A stretch of 64,000 nt of DNA. Origin: Scenedesmus sp. PABB004 (lineage: Eukaryota). A program made the position numbers and the translations under genes. A model generated the notes under the pieces. That model did no database searches and had not been told where the DNA came from. It worked only from the letters and a program-made list of their open reading frames with translations. The stretch is taken from positions 1 to 64,000 of the forward strand of contig JABVCE010000042.1 of assembly GCA_014905635.1 (NCBI GenBank). The letters run 5' to 3'. Positions 59,676 to 64,000 of the stretch are shown here, piece after piece (position 1 is the stretch's first letter; each line of letters opens with the position of its first letter).

Positions 59676-59989
59676 CGCGGCGGCGGGTGCGGGCTCCGAG
59701 GCGTCGTCGTCACCGGTTGCTCCTCCGCAAGGGATCCCTTGCGCGCCGCGGGCCGCGCTGGCAATAGCGCTCGCTCGCTCGCTTGCCTGATCGCTGGCTC
59801 CCGCGCCTGTTCTCCGCGCCTGGGCGTGCTCCCCGGCCTCGCTACCGCCGTGGGAGCGCCGGCCGGTGGTCTCAACACCGGCGGCTGGGGGGATGGGGGC
59901 TGCCGGGGCGCCCCGGGGGGCGCCCCGGCGCCGCGGGCGCGCGGCGCGCGTGCGCGGCGCTGCCACCGCCGCGCGCGCGCCGCCGCCGC

Positions 59990-60240
59990 CAACACCGACC
60001 ATGGGCATCCTCTGATCGCCGGCCGCCTGAAACAGGCCACAGCGGCGTGAGGCATGACGGTTTGGGACCGGCCCGTCGGTCGGTGCCCCCGCGAGGGGGT
60101 CCCCCCACCCGGAACGGGTGACAAGGCGAGAAACGCACGCGCACACGCCTGACCTAACCTGGCAACACAACACAACAGCAAGAGGCCTTTTAACGTCCTG
60201 CCCAGGACGGAGAGCGCAGCGCACCGCACACGCCGCTCAC
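59990..60240 (-). ncRNA. Candidate Fanzor omegaRNA scaffold
   Basis: Lower-GC, structure-dense segment directly after the nuclease stop, with at least six hairpins and two crossing helices (59993-60000/60078-60085 and 60064-60069/60098-60103). Confidence 0.6.
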
Positions 60241-62052
60241 GCCGGGGGGTCCACCGCGGCGGCGGCCGCCTGCCGGAACGCGCCGGCGAGGCGCGCGCCG
60301 CCCGCCGTGCCGCGGCCGCCGCGCAGCAACTCGTGCAGCGTGAGCGCGCAGATGTTGCGCGCCGCGTTGTCGTCGCGCGGCGCGACGACCGTGCACCCGG
60401 GGCACTGCACCAGACCATAGATGCCCCGCAGCTTCTCCACGCGCGCCCCGCAGACAGAGCAGGTGACGCTCGTGCGGTGCTCGTCCATGAGCACCGCGGC
60501 GACGCGCCGGCGCGCGTAGTAGGTGCGCAGCAGCGCCAGCAGCGCCTGCCGCGGCGGCCCCGGCCCCGAGATGCAGCCCCCCATGCCCAGGCTGGCGTCC
60601 CCGATGCCCAGCACCACCGCGGGCAGGTCGGCGGGCAGGCGCGCGTGCTGCCGGACGCGCCCGCGCACAAAGACCCGGCCGTATGCAGTCAACTGAATCG
60701 CCGCATGCAGCGCGCGCTGCTTCAGCCCGTGCTTCCGCAGCCGCCACGCACACTCTGCACGGCACGCAAGCAAGCTATATGCGAATGCATTGTTGAGCAC
60801 ATGATGCACCCGGCCGTTGCGCCACGCCCCGGCGGCGGCGACGCTCGTGCCCGAGTATGCAGGCACGCGGTTCAGGCAGGCATGCACGCAGTCGCCGCCG
60901 CCGGGCGGGCGGCGGTCGTACCGCCCCGGCCGCCCCGGCCGCCCCTGCTGCCACAGCCGGTGCTGCTCGATCCCGCGCGAGTCGCGGTGTGCGGCGGTCT
61001 TTATTCTAATGATGCGCTCCGCCTCGTAGCGGCGGCCGTGGTCGCCGCGGTGGCGCGGCGCGTTGGGGCAGCGCCGCTGCGCGATGCGGCGGTGCGCGAC
61101 GCGCGTGCAGCCCGGGCCCTGCCGCCAAGTCGCGGCACAAACCATGCGGGCCCGGCCCGGGTCGACTCCGACGACGCGCACGCCCGCGTGCACGGCCGCG
61201 GCCGCGCCGCGCAGCGCGTGCCCCGGCGGCAGGCCCTCCACGCCGCGCAGCTCGCACGGGTCGAGCGGCAGCGCGTCGAGCGCCGCCTCGTCGGCCACGC
61301 CGTGCGGCGCCAGCGCGTCGCAGAGCAGCCGCCGCGCTGCCGCCGCGCCCGCGCGGTGCTCTGCCGCGCGCTGCGCCGCCTTGGCGGCGCGCGACTGCTG
61401 GCCGCGGCGCGGGGCGGGGTCGGTGGCGCCCTCAACGCGCACGCGCACGTGCAGCGCCGCCAAATCAAACGTCACCGAGCCCGCGAAGCGCGTGTTGGCG
61501 TGCAGCACGCCGCGCGCGCGCCCGGGGCGCCGGCCAAAATGAAAATATGCATCCCAAACGGGATCGTAGCCCCCGCCCTCCTGGGTCGGCGGTGGCGGCG
61601 GCGGCTGGCCTGCCGGCTGGCCCGCAGCGGGCGCCCTGGCCTGGCGCGCGCGCAGCGCTGCGTCCAGCGCCTGCATGCCCGAGGTGGACAGGTGCAGGTG
61701 CTGGGTGCCGTACTTGGGCACCGGCGCCAGCGTGAAGGCGCGCCGCTTGGGCAGCGCCACGCGCGCGGCGTGCCGCGAGCGCAGGCCGCGCAGCACCTTG
61801 CACGCGCCCGCGACCGCGACGAGCGCGTCGGGGTGCTGCCCCGCGCCGCCGGCGCGCTGCGGCGGCTGCGCGCCGCCGCTGCGGCCGCCGGGCGGCGCCG
61901 GCGCCGCCGGCGGCGGCCCCGCGCCGGCGGCGGTCGCCGCAGCCAGCACCGCCTCGAGCGTCGCGCACACCGCGCGGCGCCAGCCGGCCGAGACATCGCG
62001 ACGCAGCGCCGCGACAGCCGCCGCCGCCTCCTCGAGCGTGCGCGGCGCGGGC

Positions 62053-62088
<36 letters not shown>

Positions 62089-64000
62089 GCCGGCGGCGCC
62101 GGCGCAGCGCGACCCTGCGCGGCCGCTGCGGCGCCAGGTAGCCGCGCGCGGCCGCCAGGTAGCCGCGCGCGGCCGCCAGTCGGGCGCCGCAGTCGCCCAG
62201 CAGACGCGCGCCCTGGTCGCGCGCGGCGTGCGCGGCGTCCGCCGCGCGGCGGGCCGCGTCCGCGTCAGGCGCCGCCGCCGCGCCGTGCGGTCGCGCGAGC
62301 CGCCGCTGGTGCTGCACGAGCGCCACGTCGCGCTCGTGGTGCTGCACCACGGCAGCCTGCCACTCCGCCTCCACGGCTGCGAGGTCGGCCTCCACCGTCG
62401 CGTCGCCGGCGGCGGTCAGCGCGGCCAGCGCCAGCCGCAGCCGCTCCGCGGCCGCGGCCGGCAGCGCCGCGCCCGGCCCCTGGCCCGGCGCCGCGCCCGG
62501 GCCCTGGCCCGGCGCCGCGCCCGGCGCGGCGCCTTGCCCCCGGGCGCGGAGCAGCCGCGCCTCCGCGACGGCCAGCCGGCGCCGGAGCGCCGCCGCGTGC
62601 TCGTCCTTGCGCTGCAGGCGGCGCAGCCGGTTGCGCGCGTGGTCGGGCGGGCCCGTCATACCTCCCTGGACCGCAGCGCGGCTGGCGACCTCCCGCTGCA
62701 GGTCCTTGAGGGGTTCCTTGCGCAGACGCACGGCCGCCTCGCTGGCATCCACGGCGGCGCGCAGGCGCTGCACCGCCGCCTCGAGCTTGCCCAGCTCGCG
62801 CGCCCGCTGCAGCTCGCGCAGGCGCGGCTCCTGGGCGCTGGCGTCCAGCAGCTTGGGGGGCGCCGGCGGACGCTGGCCGCGGCTGCAGCTGCTGCTGCTG
62901 CCGCTGCCGCTGCCGCTGCGCCCGCTGCTGCCGTCCAGCGCCTCTGCCAGCGACTCGACGGCCGCCGCGAGCGCGCCGGCCGACGCCGGCTCCGGGGCCG
63001 CCCCGAGCGACGCGGCGCGGCGCAGCATCGCCTCCAGCGCCGGCCGCGCCGCCGCGCCCTGCTGGGCTGCCAGCGAGTCCGCGAGCCGCGGCGCGCAGGC
63101 AGCAAACATGTGCTGCTGGCCGAGCATGACGACAAAGTCGCGCGCGACGCGGCGCGCCATGGCGTCGGCGTCGCCCTCCCGGTACGCCAGGCCCTCGAGC
63201 TGCCGGGCCAGCGCCGCGCGCCAGGCGTCGTAGGCCGTGTCGTGCTGCTGCCGCGCCGCCGCGCCCGCGCCGTGCGCCAGCGGCTCCGGCGGCTGCGGCA
63301 CGAGCGGCGCGCCCCCTGCCTGCGCGCCCGCGTCCGGCGCGCGCGGCATGCCGCTCCGCGCCCAGTCGAGCACGCGGCCGTGCTTGCCGGCCGCCTCGTC
63401 CGACTCCCAGCGCTGCAGGCCGGGCGTCGCCTGCGCCCCTGCCGCCTGGCGCGTGCGCGCCGCGCCGGCCGCGGGCGCGCGCGCCTCGCCGTCCGCCGCC
63501 GCCGGGAAGGGCTGCTCCAGGTGCAGGCGCATCCGCGCGAGCATGTCGCGCATCATCGCCATGGCCAGCCGCAGCCGGCCGGCGTCCTGGCCGTCGCCCG
63601 CCGCCGCGGGCACCACGCCCTCGCCCGGCTGCAGCACGCCCTGGCGCTCCCAGAGCAGCGGCGACGCGCTGTACAGCAGCGCCGCGCCGCCGGCGATGAG
63701 GCAGTCGCGCGCGGCGCGGCTGGGCGTGCCGGCGCAGCCCGCGGCAAACCACGCCTGCAGGGCGGCGGCGTCGAGCGCCTTCTCCAGGCGCTCGCCGTCG
63801 GCGAGGTGGAGCTGCAGGTTGGTGTTGTACAGCTCCGCGAGAGGGTTGACGAGGTCGTGGTGCAGGCGGCCTGTGACCCAGGCCGGCAGGGGCACGCGCT
63901 GCAGCTCGTTGACGCCGCAGGCCTGCTCCAGCGCGTGGCGCAGGTCGCTGGACAGGCCGCCGCCAACGCGCCGCCAGTTGCCCTGGCTAAAAAAGTTCAT
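60237..64000 (-). CDS. Fanzor: Fanzor1-type (TnpB-like) RuvC RNA-guided endonuclease, >=1250 aa, one apparent 1-nt frameshift near 62132, 5' end at window edge
   Basis: VVGVDPG (D 61161-61163), LGIGDAS, LMDEHRTSVTCSVCG (E 60480-60482), CPGC, RDDNAARNI (D 60372-60374); upstream FTLAPVP..LHLST, WDAYF..FAGSVTFD and LYNTNLQLHL blocks. No intron evident over 3.7 kb. Confidence 0.9.

Larger units (their letters stand above)
59990..64000 (-). mobile_element. Fanzor-carrying element, 3' part only; transposase and other end not in window
   Basis: Intronless cargo-type gene among intron-dense host genes; Fanzor1 genes are normally transposon-borne; composition changes at ~59990. Confidence 0.5.

Noticed and set aside
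59676..59990. Definite Helitron 3' terminus
   Set aside because: A hairpin exists but no CTAG end follows at the expected distance, and no Rep/helicase is in the window, so the element class cannot be assigned.
60237..64000. Bacterial IS200/IS605 TnpB or Cas12 from contamination
   Set aside because: Host-like GC, poly-Q/poly-A tracts, the rearranged Fanzor-type Glu, no TnpA or CRISPR array, and contiguity with algal genes.

Overview
Extremely GC-rich, intron-dense eukaryotic DNA. Short GT/GC-AG introns, TGTAA poly(A) signals, poly-Ala/poly-Gln proteins and (TTTAGGG)-like motifs point to a chlorophyte green alga; Sphaeropleales (Raphidocelis/Monoraphidium-like) is my inference. Most long ORFs in the supplied track are GC-driven shadows, and the real genes are spliced. 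Left to right: the 3' end of a PIE1/SWR1 remodeler, a prolyl-4-hydroxylase-like ShKT protein, a small unknown gene, a membrane U-box protein, an RRM gene enclosed by a ~660-bp inverted duplication, SDH1 (with an AT-rich intronic hairpin), CK2 alpha (two uORFs), a small secreted amphipathic protein, a UBZ/MgsA-C-like protein, a CaMKK/GRIK-like kinase with a split cNMP-binding domain, an SSIII/IV-type starch synthase head-to-head with a long coiled-coil gene, an HA-repeat protein, an ARM-repeat protein, an alpha/beta hydrolase, and an orphan 3' fragment of TRM13. The main finding is at the right end (60237-64000, minus): an apparently intronless, unusually large (>=1250 aa, 5' end at the window edge) Fanzor1-type TnpB-like RuvC nuclease with all three catalytic acidic residues and the Zn ribbon. 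Directly downstream (~59990-60240) lies a hairpin-rich, pseudoknot-capable segment that looks like its omegaRNA scaffold, i.e. a candidate eukaryotic RNA-guided nuclease locus. Single-base indels in conserved genes suggest assembly errors, so frameshifts should be read cautiously. All calls come from motif recognition by eye; no searches were run.
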